The translations under genes and the position numbers were made by a program. A stretch of 63,209 nt of DNA, counting the filler, from Perkinsus chesapeaki ATCC PRA-425 (taxonomy: Eukaryota; Protista; Perkinsozoa): NCBI GenBank assembly GCA_013115145.1. It is 9 parts of 9 records of this genome, joined end to end, with 100 filler letters (N's around TTAATTAATTAA, not from the genome) between each part and the next. Parts side by side here need not be neighbours in the genome. Positions count along the whole stretch, not along the records: positions 42,576 to 49,551 come from JAAPAO010001050.1; positions 49,652 to 52,657 come from JAAPAO010001480.1; positions 52,758 to 55,840 come from JAAPAO010001462.1; 6 more parts are not named here. One strand, given 5' to 3'. The notes beneath the pieces are model-generated. The model had not been told where the DNA came from, searched no databases, and was given only the letters and a program-made list of their open reading frames with translations. Shown one piece after another: positions 42,576 through 55,016 of the stretch (its first letter is position 1; each line of letters opens with the position of its first letter).

Positions 42576-45500
42576 CGGCCGATGGTCTCTCCAGCAACGC
42601 CGACGCTAACTTCAAGCCTGGAAGTCATGCTCAACCTTGGCAGCAGCCCCCTTATGCGGCCAACGGTCTTTCCATCATTGCCAATGGTGGCGTCAATCCT
42701 CAATCTACTATGCAATCTTGGCAGCAGTCTCTCAACGCGGCCGATGGTCTCTCCAGCAACGCCGACGCTAACTTCAAGCCTGTAGGTCATGCTCAACCCT
42801 GGCAACAGCCTCTCAACGCGGCCAACGGTTTTCCCACTATGCAACCTTGGCAGCAGCCCTTCAACGCAGCCAATGGCCTCCCCATCAACGCCGACGGTGA
42901 CTTCAAGCTTAGTCGTCATGCTCAACCTTGGCAGCAGCCTCCCAATGTGGCCAACGGGTTCCCTACGGTGGCCAATGATGGCGTTAATCCTCAAGCTACT
43001 ATGCAACATTGGCAACAGCCCATCAGTGCGGCCTATGGTATCTCCAGCAATGCCAACGGTGGCCTTAACCCTACCGCTCATCTACAAGCCTGGCAACAGC
43101 AACCTTATGCAGTCAGCGGTTCCTCCGTCAGCCGGTCTCCTCTCCAACGCCAGACCGCTACGATGGACTATCTGTCAGAAGTGCAACTACGAGATATCGA
43201 CAGGCGGGTAGAGTCTCTGATAGAACTCTGGCGGAAGGATCACAAACCCTTCAGCACCGAGGGAGGCAATCCTCAGACGTTAAGCGTGTCGAAGTTAGCT
43301 CATGACTGGTCCCTCTTTTGCTCCGCTCAATGGTTGAATGTTGTCGATCCCGCTGCCGTTCGAGCCTTTCTCGGAGGGGCACTGACCTCCAAACTCAGTT
43401 CCCAAATAAAGGCCGCATATGAAAGCCTATGGGTAGCCGACATTCGGACTAGGTCGTATCACCAGTCACTGTTCAACTACGCCATGGCCTACTTGCGCGC
43501 CCACCACTCGGCACCAGTATCGGCTACTCATCTGCTGCAGCGCTTCCTGACAATCAAACAAGCTGGAAAGCCTCTGACTAAGTTCCTCGATGAGATTGAG
43601 ACAATATTGGGCGAGATGCGTTTCGTCTTTGAGAACAACCAGCAAGCTCCCGTTGACGTCGGCTACATCGCCAGCAGCTTAATCATGGCCCTGGATACGC
43701 CCTACAAGGGTTGGTATTACGACGAGCTTCAGAAGAGATATGGCGAGTTCATGCCGAGCGACTTCGACGGGTTGGCAGATGCTCTCCGAGCCCTGCGGCG
43801 AAGGGGGTACGTGTTAAATGTTGGTGATCAAACCTTTAAATCACTGGCGGGCCCAGAGCAGAAGCTTACTCCAGTAATGAGCCAAGTTGGTCCACCACCT
43901 AGCGGTACTGAGAACGCGGCGGTCCCCTCCAGCCTCCCCGCACAGTCAGCTCCCCCTCATCCCAAGAAGTCGAGATTCTCATCTTGTAAGCGGTGCTATA
44001 ACGGCTCTCATGCGGAAGAAAGCTGTACGGTTGAAATGCCCAAGGACATGGCCATGCGATGTCGGTGCGGTAGCCGAAAGCACCCCGTGGGCCTATGCCC
44101 CATCGACCCCGCTAAATTGAAGTGCTCCCGTTGTCTAGGAGCAGAAGGTCTTCCAGAACAGCAGCCACACAGGAGCGGAGTCTGCCCGTATTCTCTTCAT
44201 CAGATCCAGAACATTCACAACAACGCCACCAATACGACATCTACAGAAACAGGCGACACCCCTCCTGTCGGCACAACTACTGCCTTCTCCAAGTCTATCA
44301 TTGTGGTCAACGGCGAGGTTCACGATCCCAACTATGGCGCCTTGATTAACCAGCCTTCTCCGGAGATATTCACGGTCGCGGTACCACCAACCCTGACTCT
44401 TCGGTCCGTTGCGGTATCACAAGAACTTCGCACCACAATTACGGTCGGCTATCCTGGCTGCGCAGAACCGGTTACTGTTTCCTGCTTGTGGGACACGGGA
44501 GCCACGGCTACCTTGATTCGGAGCGATGTTCTGAAACTCTTGGACAAGAAGAACGGCTGCGCGGTGTTCGACAACATAAAGGCTACCCGCGGAGGCGGAT
44601 CCCAATCCGCAGAGGCTGTACTTGCGGATAACGTCAGCAGGATTTCGATAAGAGGATCGTGTAGGGTGGTCTTACAGACCAGCAACGCGTCCGCGGACTC
44701 GGAGGTCTTCGTCGCGGACAGCTTGGGATGCCCTCTCATAATCGGTGTACCTACTCTTTCTGCCTTGAATGCGACGTTCACATTCACACCCGACGGCGTG
44801 TCTATCACTACTGGTGAGAACAACACCGAAGTTCCAACAGTCGCTGCTACAGCAATCTCATCGAGTACGGATGGTTCCATGCTCGTGGGCGCGTCTCCCG
44901 CACGGAGAGGGTTGCCGTCGCTATCAAGTGGCTTTGAGGACATCAACTGGGCGCGCCACGACAACAATGCCTTGCCAGGCTTGCCCCCTTCACGCCTCTC
45001 GGCCCTCGCGGAAGAGAAACATCGGCTCTCCTTATTGCCAGCTGATTGCGTTCTCATTGAACCAACCAGGTCAGGCAGATTTGCCGTAGACTTCAAGTCG
45101 GACTCCCTCGAGAGCCTGGCTGGCTCCGGCTGGTCATCGGCTATTGCTCGAGCCACAAGATCCAGCCGACGACGAACAGCGTCGGAACTCTCTCTCATTA
45201 CGACCGCTCTCGACAAGCTGAAAGCCTCTCCTTATGTGAGTACTATGACTCTCCGGTCTTTGTCGACCCCACCTCCGAGGCGGGTACTCTCTAAGCTTTA
45301 CCAGAACAACAGGCTCATCAGGGACACCCACTTGAGTAATGGTGCTTGGCTGGACCGCTACCTTCCCGTCTTCGTTCCCAGCCAGTTCGTGCTGAAGCCC
45401 TCGAGCGTTTCCACCCCATGCAGAGTGGTCTACGATTGCAGAGAGGTAAACAAAAGTCTACAGAAGCCTAACACCACAAGATGGGACCTCATACGATACT

Positions 45501-48500
45501 TAACATTATCGTGCACACGTCCAGTGGTAGGTTACGCCGATCTGGCGAAAGCCTTCAACCAAGTCCTCATCACATNNNNNNNNNNNNNNNNNNNNNNNNN
45601 NNNNNNNNNNNNNNNNNNNNNNNNNNNNNNNNNNNNNNNNNNNNNNNNNNNNNNNNNNNNNNNNNNNNNNNNNTAACATTATCGTGCACACGTCCAGTGG
45701 TAGGTTACGCCGATCTGGCGAAAGCCTTCAACCAAGTCCTCATCACATCGCGATCGTCTGGTACCTGCTGTACCGTTTTGCGATGCCCGACCACAGGCTC
45801 ATATATCTTGGTCGTTTGGTGTGTAATGCCCTTTGGTGCGGCCCCGAGTCCAGGAGGTTTAGAATTGGCTACTGGCTGTATCGGGAGTGAGAGCTGCGAA
45901 TTGAACAAGTGCCTTATGCAGAGGTTCACGGAGTCCACGGACGACATCTCTCCTAATAAACTACCCGAACTCTACCTCCACCCGGACTTCGCGTATGCAC
46001 GGCCCGTACTCGAGGCTGCGTTCTCTAACTCACCGGGGATCCTCAGCTCTCTTCCGGCATCGCTGCCAGAAGACTTGGGTTGGTGCGACTACGTCGATGA
46101 CTGGTCGTGGGGTCTCTACCACATTCGACAGCTCTGGTGGGCCAAGGCTCTCTTCACCTCGGTAGCTACTTTCAGAGGTTTCACCTACGCGGAGGGCAAA
46201 GAGAGTGACTCATGGCAAAATGACAGCGCCCCGCTGTTAGGCTATAGGTTGCAAAATGACAGATTGCACACCACTATCGATATTGCGGAGCTTGGCTACG
46301 GTGTGAGCAAGAGGGATGTTAGCAAGTGCCTATCGTCACACTACGATCCCTTAGGACGTCACATCGAGCTAGGTATGTATGCTAGAGGTGTTTGGCGTAA
46401 GGTGGTAGCTGCCATTAATGATACTGGTGTTGCCACTGACATGTCGTGGAGGTGCAGAGTTCCCAGGGATCTGGTTGACGAAGCCAACATTTGGCTACGA
46501 CTCGCAAAAGCGGTCTGTCCTACTCCCCGGTTCGTTCCGATCTCCTCTGGCCCCTTCTGTAATATTCCTTGCGACATCATCATCACGTGCGACGCGAGTG
46601 GTATAGCCTGGGCTATAGACACTCGTTCGAGGCTGCATGGCCAACCATTAAGCCCGAGGCTACGAGCTCGAGGTGGAATGTTCCCGGCGCCACGGCATTT
46701 GCTTAAAGAAGACATCTCGCTGGAGGCCACGATTCCCCGTAAGGAACTACATGCTCTAGTCCAAGCAGCTGCTGAGGCACACTACCTATGCTCAACGTTG
46801 AAGCTTGATACTCACCACGGCACGAAGATATACATCCTTACCGACAACCTTATCAACATCCAGAGATTGGCGTGGTTGTCCGGGAAAAGCAAGGAGCAGG
46901 CAGTGAGGTTCATTGGCAAGAAGGGCAAGCATCAGTTCTCCGAGAACGACCTCAACAAGCTTGTACGAGTACGCGAGCTATTATGGCGGTGCGTGGTACC
47001 AGTCACCGTGCTACATGTTCCGTCGGCTATTAATATAGCTGACGCGGCCTCTCGCTGCTGTCCGACGCCCCCGACTGCAGCCCAGTTACGCCTATTGGAG
47101 CTCTTACTTGATAGAGCGCACCAACAGCCCCGGTATATCCCACCATCCGGGCCGGATGACCTCCCCCACGGGACAACAGATGGCGCTGTGCTATGGGAAG
47201 ACGATGCGGACGAGGTCGCTGAGCACTGGATAGGGAGCCTCCGGGCCGAAGTCCGGCCGGGCCCTATGCCACCCCCGTTCCAGCAGGATGACACACTACC
47301 AGTATTAACAGCAGAGGAAGAGGCCGGTCTTGACATAGAACTTGACAGCCTTATCAAGGCAGACCCCTTCTATTCCGCCATCTCCGCTTACCTCAAGCAA
47401 GGCTCCGCTTCCTCTCCCTTTTCGCCCGAAAGGCTCCGACGGGCCTCCGCATGCTACCAACTGGACGAGAGGGGACGTCTCTACCGAGTCACCCTCCAGT
47501 CGCCTGCCGGAGATGTCATCAAGCAGCGCGTGGTCGCGGCTACGGGTCCTGGACGAAAGCTGGTCTACAGACTGGTCGTGACTAAGCACATTCTCTGGAA
47601 CCACCTCGGCGCCAAGAAGCTCGCGGCAAGGCTGTCATTGGAGTATTTTTGGAAGAAGATGGATGCCTCAGTTCGATCGGCCGTTTCTACTTGCCTACCC
47701 TGTGTGCGCAGTAATGCCACTCAGCGCTTTAGGTCGTCGGCCGGGGTCCGGAATGTCCAGAGTTTGCGTCCCTTTATGGTCGTAGGCATCGACTTGTACC
47801 TACCTGGTTTACGATCTGACAATCAAGCCCACCGGAGCCGGTGTTCGAAGAATGACGTGACTGCCATGTTACTCATAACCTGCGCAGCTACGGGATTCAT
47901 CGAAGCCTGTGTCATCAGGGGGCCAGTAACTGCCACTATTGTCTGCGAGTGTCTTGAAGCCACATTTGCAAGCTCTATTTATCCATCGATAATATTATCC
48001 GATAATGATGCGAAGTTCTGCGCATCAGCCATGCAGAAGTGGTGTCGCTCCAAGCACATCGTTCACTGCTTCGCGCCAATTTACAGTCCCCTACTATGCC
48101 TTTGGGAACGTGGGCATAGAGAAGTGACCCGATGCCTGCGCGCTTGTGTAAACGACTCTGGTGACTACGGCGATAATACCAATTCGTTGAAGGATTGGCA
48201 CATATTGGTTCTCGAGTGCATCGACGTCCTGAACGGGAGCCCATATGGGTCTTCTACATGGTTGTCTCCGAGAATGCTGGCATTCCCTTACTTCTCCGAG
48301 GCTGACTACTATGGCGGGGACCCCTCCACCGACGAGATAATCAGTAAAATGGCTTCGTTCTCGACTCCGGAAGAAGCGAGGAAACTTCGAGACGAGGCAA
48401 GATCCTCTTACCGTTTGAAGCTCCTACACTACCTACAACACTGGTCGAAGTACCGGGAAGCCTCACGCGCCAGGGTACTTGCTGGGATGGGTCGCGAATG

Positions 48501-49242
48501 TGACTTGCGCCCAAAGGACCGAGTGTACCATCTGGTGAGTTCTTCTACATCTGCAAAGCTGGCCTCCCGCGTACAAGGCCCTTACGAGTTAGAGTCCTTA
48601 GAAGCAGAGCGAGCCACTGCCATCTTGCTCAGCCCAAACGGGTCCCGATTTCGAGCGTGGGTGGGGAACCTAGTCAAGGTCCCCCACAATGAGTTTGTGG
48701 ATGCAGAGACGACGGCGCCGCCATGTCCGTGGAGTTTGGAGGGCTTACCACCGGTAGCGGTACTACCCCCTCCGAGAGTTGTCCTATCGTGGCCACCGGG
48801 TTTCTGCGCTTCGACATCGCCGGCTCCTCCAGTAACGACTGCACAAGGCTGCGGTGGTCAAAGCCCTCATCAACCATCGACCACGACGCCGGCGTCGGCG
48901 TCGGCCACTCAGCCAGCTCCAGCTCCCTCGGCAGCCCGACACACCCCGACACGTGATCCGGTGCCAACTACAAGTTCGTGGCCTCCTAAGTTTGCGTGCG
49001 ACGGTTCAAGCGATGTGACACCGAGCGGCTCATCCAGACCAAGCAGATCAAACACGACGTGGCCTCCTCGTCTTCCACAACAAGTACCTACGTTCACTTC
49101 GATGACAGCTTGGCCGCCCACCTTTTGCTCCGGCTCTCCCGCGGCGGACGAGACCGGAGGCACTGACCGCCCTGTGATAGAGGAAGCTGGAATGTCTACT
49201 TCGGCTACAGAGGTCCAAATCCCTGGTTATCTGCCAGCCTGA
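42576..49242 (+). CDS. Gag-pol polyprotein (~2100+ aa after collapsing the 75-bp gap overlap; open at the 5' end)
   Basis: CKRCYNGSHAEESC knuckle; WDTGA protease; DLAKAF, MPFGAAPSP, YVDD; CDASG, TDNL, HVPSAINIADAASR; integrase H..H..CLPC, GIDLY, SDNDAKF, WERGH. Confidence 0.85.
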
Positions 49243-49551
49243 ATTACGTCGTCTGAGTGCGCGCCCTTGTACTGATTGGAATCGTCATCGCGACTCCTGG
49301 TTGCTGTGTATTTATTACTGTGCTGCTGGGGTAGTCAACTTAACTTTACCGGTTGTACAGTGGGCATCCAGACAGTTCGCTCCTTTTAGTGCGACCTAAT
49401 TACCCTGTATCCCGTTAGCACAAGTGATCAGGAGTAGTATTTAGCCTTGCATGCTTCTGTTCTATTTCGTGGCGGGAGAGTTCGGTGAACTGCGAGTTCA
49501 GAACACCGGACCCTGCTGTTTGAGATGTTGCGAGTATGCAAGATTACTTGA
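42576..49551 (+). mobile_element. BEL/Pao-like LTR retrotransposon (5' end and LTRs not recovered)
   Basis: Single gag-PR-RT-RH-IN ORF with three Cys knuckles. SSHYDPLG and TIPRKEL motifs are typical of BEL/Pao. Confidence 0.8.
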
Positions 49552-49651
49552 NNNNNNNNNNNNNNNNNNNNNNNNNNNNNNNNNNNNNNNNNNNNTTAAT
49601 TAATTAANNNNNNNNNNNNNNNNNNNNNNNNNNNNNNNNNNNNNNNNNNNN

Positions 49652-49794
49652 TAAGCTTACTGTTGAGTTTCAAGTAGTGATACGATCTTGGTCACTTGTA
49701 GTCTGCACACTCTCCGGACTACAACACAAGAGATTCTTGCAATCTTGCTAATCTTGCTTGAATCACAAGTTACGATTCTCACAGCTCGCCCCCC
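49652..49794 (-). repeat. Polypurine tract and start of 3' LTR
   Basis: Minus strand reads GGGGGGCGAGC then TGTGAGAATCG. LTR would begin at 49783 and run into the linker. Confidence 0.55.
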
Positions 49795-52495
49795 AGAATC
49801 TCTTGAGGTTAGAGGAATGTTCACGAACAACATCCGAATCATCTAGCTCGTCATCATTATTAACTATAGAGTTAACCGGTCTAATATAGACAGTAACACC
49901 ATCACTCAAAATCTTAACGACTTCATACACTTGACGATCTTGTTGTTGATGTCCGGGTGAAGAAACCCTTATAACCGTTGATCCAACAGGCGGTTGTTTT
50001 ATTATCAGTCTGGGGTCTTGAGGGGAGTCTCGACGCTCACGATCTTGGAGAACTTCAGATATAATTAGCTGTTGTTGCTTCTTTAAGTTCTCAATAGCTT
50101 CATCCATATTATCATCATCGTCATTCTCAGAGTTGATCCTAGTCAATCTTGACTCCAGTTCTTCAGGATAAGAGCGACCAAATAGAATCTCATACGGAGA
50201 TTTACCTTCTGGAAGTTGTTTAGTATTCAACCTCCTCGCAATAACAGGCATAAATTTGCTCCATCTACGAGCATCAGACTTATTCAGTCCCTTTATATAA
50301 CTTTTAATAGTAGCCATAACACGCTCACATATGCCATTAGACCACGGACTATATCTACTTATACTCGATACATATACACCATCCTTAGCGATCTCAGTCT
50401 TAAATACACCCCTAAATGCGGGTCCATTATCGGCTCTTAAGGTAATCGGCCTACCCCACAAACACCATGTATCACGAAGTGCATTAGTCACCGACTTTGT
50501 GGAAGCATCTTTCAGAGCAGATAAGACCACGAAACGGCTCATATGGCATATTGTAACCAGTACATATTGCATATTAAATACATCTCTTTTAAGTGGTCCT
50601 AGCAGGTCCACCGATACCACCTGCCAAGGTAGTCTAGCAGAAGAATCCAAGTGTCTTCTAATCGTCCTTGACCGACGATAAGCCGCCACAAACTGACAGC
50701 GATTACAACCACGGCAGACTCTCTCAATGTCTCTTCGCATATGAGGCCACCTGAAGGTACGACCAATCTTCCATCGCGTTTGGCGTGAATTAGAGTGTCC
50801 ACCCCTTTCATGATAAAATAATACAATAGATTCTATAATATTAATATCATCAGTAGGTAATAAATAGCACTCATAGGGGACCGCTAGAATATCACCATAC
50901 GGATACCTCAACTCAGTAAGTATACCATCTGACGTGATAGAATAATGGGGACCACCAAAGGAACGAATCTCATTGTAACGATTACTTGTCGAACGACTAT
51001 GAAACACACGATCATATACTCCACGTAGAGAATGTGACCCGCGTTGCCATTCACGTAACCACTTACGTGCCTGCCCCCCAATTTCAGTAGTTAACTCTTT
51101 GATCTGAGCGTATTGGGGCCATTTAACTACTTTCCAGGCACGGAAAGCTTTGAATATTAATAAGTTGTTATACACCACCAATAAATCATCATCATATTTA
51201 GCAGCTTCAACAACTGACAATCCAGGTCTCGCTGCTGTAGTGGAAGACGATATATCATTATCCTCGTTGTTCTCAGTTAACGGGGCAATAAAGTCAGGGA
51301 AGTTTTCAACCTTCTCGTCCTTACCATACAATGCATCTACCATGCCATAATCGTATACCAATCTACTCAATTTATCAGCAACGGTGTTCTGCTCGCCTTT
51401 AATCTTCACGACCGATACTCGAACATCATTGCGTCGCCATTCTTGAGATAGATCAGAAAATATACCAACCAACCGATTAATAGCATGCCTTTCTAAGGTC
51501 TTACAAAGGATCTTATTATTTGTCACCCATCTCGCTGCCGCGTTAGAGTCAACCTTAAAACATATCGAACATTTTTTACCAACCAATAGTGCATCTGTGA
51601 CAAGCTCATCTACTAGTAATGCCACGTCACATAAAGCAAATAATTCTTGGCGGTTGATATGCCAACGTCGTTGGCCACGGCGCCATACACGAGCACGATT
51701 ATACTCATAAGGGACTTGTTGAGAATCTCCTTGTACCGTTACCTGCCAACCGTATCCATAAGGGCTAGCATCAGAAGTAACAATATAATCTAAATGATCA
51801 TTACCAGCAAATCCATGTGCACATTGAGTACGGAGCTCCTTCTTGATAATATTAATACATTCATCAATTGCTGCAGACTGTGCTTCATTAAACTGTAATG
51901 GAGTATCCCAGTCGCCAGTACTACGGCCAGAGATGCTACGTAGAACATCAGCCGCCACGGAAAGAGGACCATGGGCAATAACTGAGTCTATAGCTAACCC
52001 TGAAATAGCAAAACATCGCCTCTTAGTTAACGGTCTCTGATCTTGAACGATTTTATTGAACTTCTCCAAAGCAGAGTCGTGACGACATCTAACCAGTATA
52101 GATCCTTGCTCACAGGACCGTATCAGTCCAAGATGAATAATAGGGCCTAAAGAGTTACGAACAGGGCAAATCTCCTTAAACTTGCCGAATTCGTAACCAA
52201 ACTCATCGGCTGTTTGGATAAAGACTGATCTGGCCTCTAGTACTTCACTATACAATCCACTAAATGATATATCATCAATATAAATATATGTACGATATTT
52301 GAGAACTTCATTAGTAGGACATCGCAAACGTGCGAGATCGAGAACAGACAATAGGCAAGCTTCGAGGCCTGCACATCCACAGGCTAGCCCAAAGCTCATA
52401 CGCATAGTATAATAAGTGCGGGAATTAGTAGTAACAGGCAGTGGGGAATGAAGATGGACCCTATAAAAAGCTTTTTTAGCGTCAATACAAGCCAT
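49763..52495 (-). CDS. Pol (RT-RNase H-integrase); frame remains open upstream toward the linker
   Basis: CIDAKKAFYRV, MSFGL, YIDD; SDASPYG, HINRQELFAL, KVDSN, NTVADKLSR; HERGGH..CRGC, SVDLLGP, RADNGPAF, NGICER. Confidence 0.9.
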   Translation of the reverse strand: MACIDAKKAFYRVHLHSPLPVTTNSRTYYTMRMSFGLACGCAGLEACLLSVLDLARLRCPTNEVLKYRTYIYIDDISFSGLYSEVLEARSVFIQTADEFGYEFGKFKEICPVRNSLGPIIHLGLIRSCEQGSILVRCRHDSALEKFNKIVQDQRPLTKRRCFAISGLAIDSVIAHGPLSVAADVLRSISGRSTGDWDTPLQFNEAQSAAIDECINIIKKELRTQCAHGFAGNDHLDYIVTSDASPYGYGWQVTVQGDSQQVPYEYNRARVWRRGQRRWHINRQELFALCDVALLVDELVTDALLVGKKCSICFKVDSNAAARWVTNNKILCKTLERHAINRLVGIFSDLSQEWRRNDVRVSVVKIKGEQNTVADKLSRLVYDYGMVDALYGKDEKVENFPDFIAPLTENNEDNDISSSTTAARPGLSVVEAAKYDDDLLVVYNNLLIFKAFRAWKVVKWPQYAQIKELTTEIGGQARKWLREWQRGSHSLRGVYDRVFHSRSTSNRYNEIRSFGGPHYSITSDGILTELRYPYGDILAVPYECYLLPTDDINIIESIVLFYHERGGHSNSRQTRWKIGRTFRWPHMRRDIERVCRGCNRCQFVAAYRRSRTIRRHLDSSARLPWQVVSVDLLGPLKRDVFNMQYVLVTICHMSRFVVLSALKDASTKSVTNALRDTWCLWGRPITLRADNGPAFRGVFKTEIAKDGVYVSSISRYSPWSNGICERVMATIKSYIKGLNKSDARRWSKFMPVIARRLNTKQLPEGKSPYEILFGRSYPEELESRLTRINSENDDDDNMDEAIENLKKQQQLIISEVLQDRERRDSPQDPRLIIKQPPVGSTVIRVSSPGHQQQDRQVYEVVKILSDGVTVYIRPVNSIVNNDDELDDSDVVREHSSNLKRFWGASCENRNL

Positions 52496-52757
52496 ACAAT
52501 AATCAGAACGCCACTGAGTTGTGGTTTTACAAAAGATCCTACTAATCGAATCTCCTCGATAAGAAGCAATAGGACAACATTTATATAAACGGTAAACGAG
52601 GTTTGCCGAAGTAAAACGAGGGGGCTCCGCTTCGCCCTGTGCACGCGTGCGAGGCCCNNNNNNNNNNNNNNNNNNNNNNNNNNNNNNNNNNNNNNNNNNN
52701 NTTAATTAATTAANNNNNNNNNNNNNNNNNNNNNNNNNNNNNNNNNNNNNNNNNNNN

Positions 52758-53032
52758 TCCGTGTGCGCAACTCCCAAAATCTTATGGGATTTCACAGCCG
52801 CTACACTCGCGCAGCTCATTCGCTGATCATGATGTTTTGTAAGGCTACTCGTGCAAAAGATGATTCTGTAGTGGCGAACGGTTGGAGTACTGACACCTTT
52901 CCCTACATCTATGCTCCTTGGACTCTCCAAAATCCTGACAAAGACAACTCTACTATCGTTCTATCACTGGGGGACGGGCGCGACTATTTTCTGGCGAAGG
53001 AAGAAACTTGCAACCCTGTCGTGACATGCTAA
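52758..53032 (+). CDS. Secreted-family paralog, C-terminal fragment (5' end cut by linker)
   Basis: FCKATRAKDDSVVANGWSTDTFPYIYAPWTLQNPDKDNSTIVLSLGDG aligns with the C-terminus of 55017-55766. Confidence 0.7.
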
Positions 53033-53675
53033 TAACGATGGTGAAAATATATCTCACTTCAGTGGTGACTAGTGAGTTTATTATCATACGATGGGATTCC
53101 CCAGAACCATTGTATCTTCTAAACACATATCTCGCTCTTGAGTATTACTGTTTGCGTTTCGTAGTGCAGAAGCAATAGTAGCGACTCGCTACGAACGAGG
53201 ACCCTGCTGCAAGGAATTGACCCTCGATGAGCTATAGAGCAACCCCATTTGAGCTTAGGGACTAGCCTCAGGTTAGACTAATCGTTAGTAGCCGGATGCT
53301 GGGACTTGAGTGAAAATCTACGAAACCGGCCGTTGGCGCGCGAAGCCAATCAGAGACATGTGGGCCACAGAACATGCTCGTTTGAAACGCACAGACCCAA
53401 GATCTCAAAGCCGCAAGATATTTTTGGAACGTGGTGAAATTCACCGTGACTCAGCAGGTGAATCACTACTGCCAGTGGTCCACTGGAGATAAACTGTGAT
53501 GTACCAGCCGGTGACAAGTGACCAGTGACCGTCACAGTGACATCGCCTCGTCTCTTTTGCACGTCAACCGTAGAGAAGGCTTTCTCTTCATACGACTCTG
53601 AATCCGCATTATATACGTACGGATAGCAGAGTTACTCGTTCCACTCTCCCCCAACTCATCAAATGTTGTCAATCT

Positions 53676-54491
53676 ATGATTTTTTGCTGGCCATAGGTGC
53701 CACAGAGGTGTTGGGAAAAGGATTTGGTTATGCTGTATGCAGATACCGAAGTGGTGATGGCAGAATGTCCGATATATTTATGTATGACGATTGGCCTGGT
53801 AAGCTCACCATGCGCCTACAGTACAAACTGGCAACGTGATGCATATTCTATCGGCCGTTGACTACAATACCTCCGTCCTCGACATTATGATGAATCGCTC
53901 TGCACTTGTAGACAATTTTCCATATATAGATCCAAGCTCCACGCTGAAGTACGCCGACGGTCAACAGAAGGAGATCATCCTTCGACATGCTCAACAACAA
54001 CCTTACATTCTCAAGTAAGAGACTTCACGTCTCCGGCGGAGACTCTCCGCGCGTTGAGTCAAGCCACTCGAGAGTGGTCCAGTTGAAGTCGGCATCTGAT
54101 CGTGGTGTGAACTTCCCACCACGATGTGAAGGGCCTTCACACCTTCACACTGTGAAGGGCTGCTACTTTTACTCGATGGGCGACCCTTCGTATTCATTCA
54201 GTATTGAGGCTACGCTCTACACTAGTGGCGGGTTCGACGGTCGAACTTCGACCTCGAGCTGATTCGTAGTTTTGTTGCGAGTCCCCTACAAGCGTACAAC
54301 CGAAATGGGTGCGTTTTCGCAATGCTTCTCTTACACAAGAAAAAACTATATCGGCGGACGGTTGGAACGCGAACGCCTTCACCTATATCTACGCTCCTCG
54401 GACTCTTCACCATTCTGATGATTCTAATATTATTCTATCATTGGGTAGTGGGCGTGAGTATACTCTCACAAAGCAACATGTTTGCGACTAG
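53676..54491 (+). pseudogene. Frameshifted paralog of the same secreted family
   Basis: Homology (VDYNTSVLDIMMNRSALVDNFPYIDP; ADGWNANAFTYIYAPRTLHH..LSLGSG) is spread over several frames with stops. Confidence 0.75.
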
Positions 54492-55016
54492 TGCTTTGGG
54501 TGTCGCGTATTACACGACGTGTAAGCAAAGCTTACTCCAGTGGTCAGTATCGCCGACTCGGCGATACCAATACCATGCGATAGGGGCTCTCGTAACCCCT
54601 CGTAGTACATACTATACAGTAGATATCACTTTCGGCTAGAGTCCTCGAGATTGCGTTCCATAGCATAGAGCCGCAAGCTATTTCTGGGCACCAATTACCC
54701 GTCGCACACAGTTTTTGAAAAACTGTTTTTCTGTGTACGCATCGCTAAAGTATATCTGTAATGAGATGGTATCAATCTTTTCGAAAAGGTAAGACCAGCA
54801 CTCGGAGATTAGCCTATAGATTGGGCACTTGAAATGAACGTGCACATGTATGCTCTTGTTGTTCATGATAAATAGTTCATCATGGTCGCACTTCATATAA
54901 CATTGTTATGGGATGAGCTACACGGCGTCGCCTCGACGCGGCACGTATACAGATCACACGGGAAAGCTGCGGGAAGCGCAGCTTGAAACCTAGTTATTAT
55001 CTCTGTTCATAAGAAT

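Larger units (their letters stand above)
49652..52657 (-). mobile_element. LTR retrotransposon with Ty3/gypsy domain order (RT-RH-IN), 5' truncated
   Basis: pol ORF followed by PPT and the start of the 3' LTR. Confidence 0.8.

Noticed and set aside
45501-45748. 75-bp direct repeat flanking the N gap in the BEL/Pao-like ORF
   Set aside because: Negative-gap artefact; collapsing it joins the two ORFs in frame.
49465-49551. PPT/LTR start for the BEL/Pao-like element (GGCGGGAGAG)
   Set aside because: Not followed by TG, and there is no second LTR copy for comparison.
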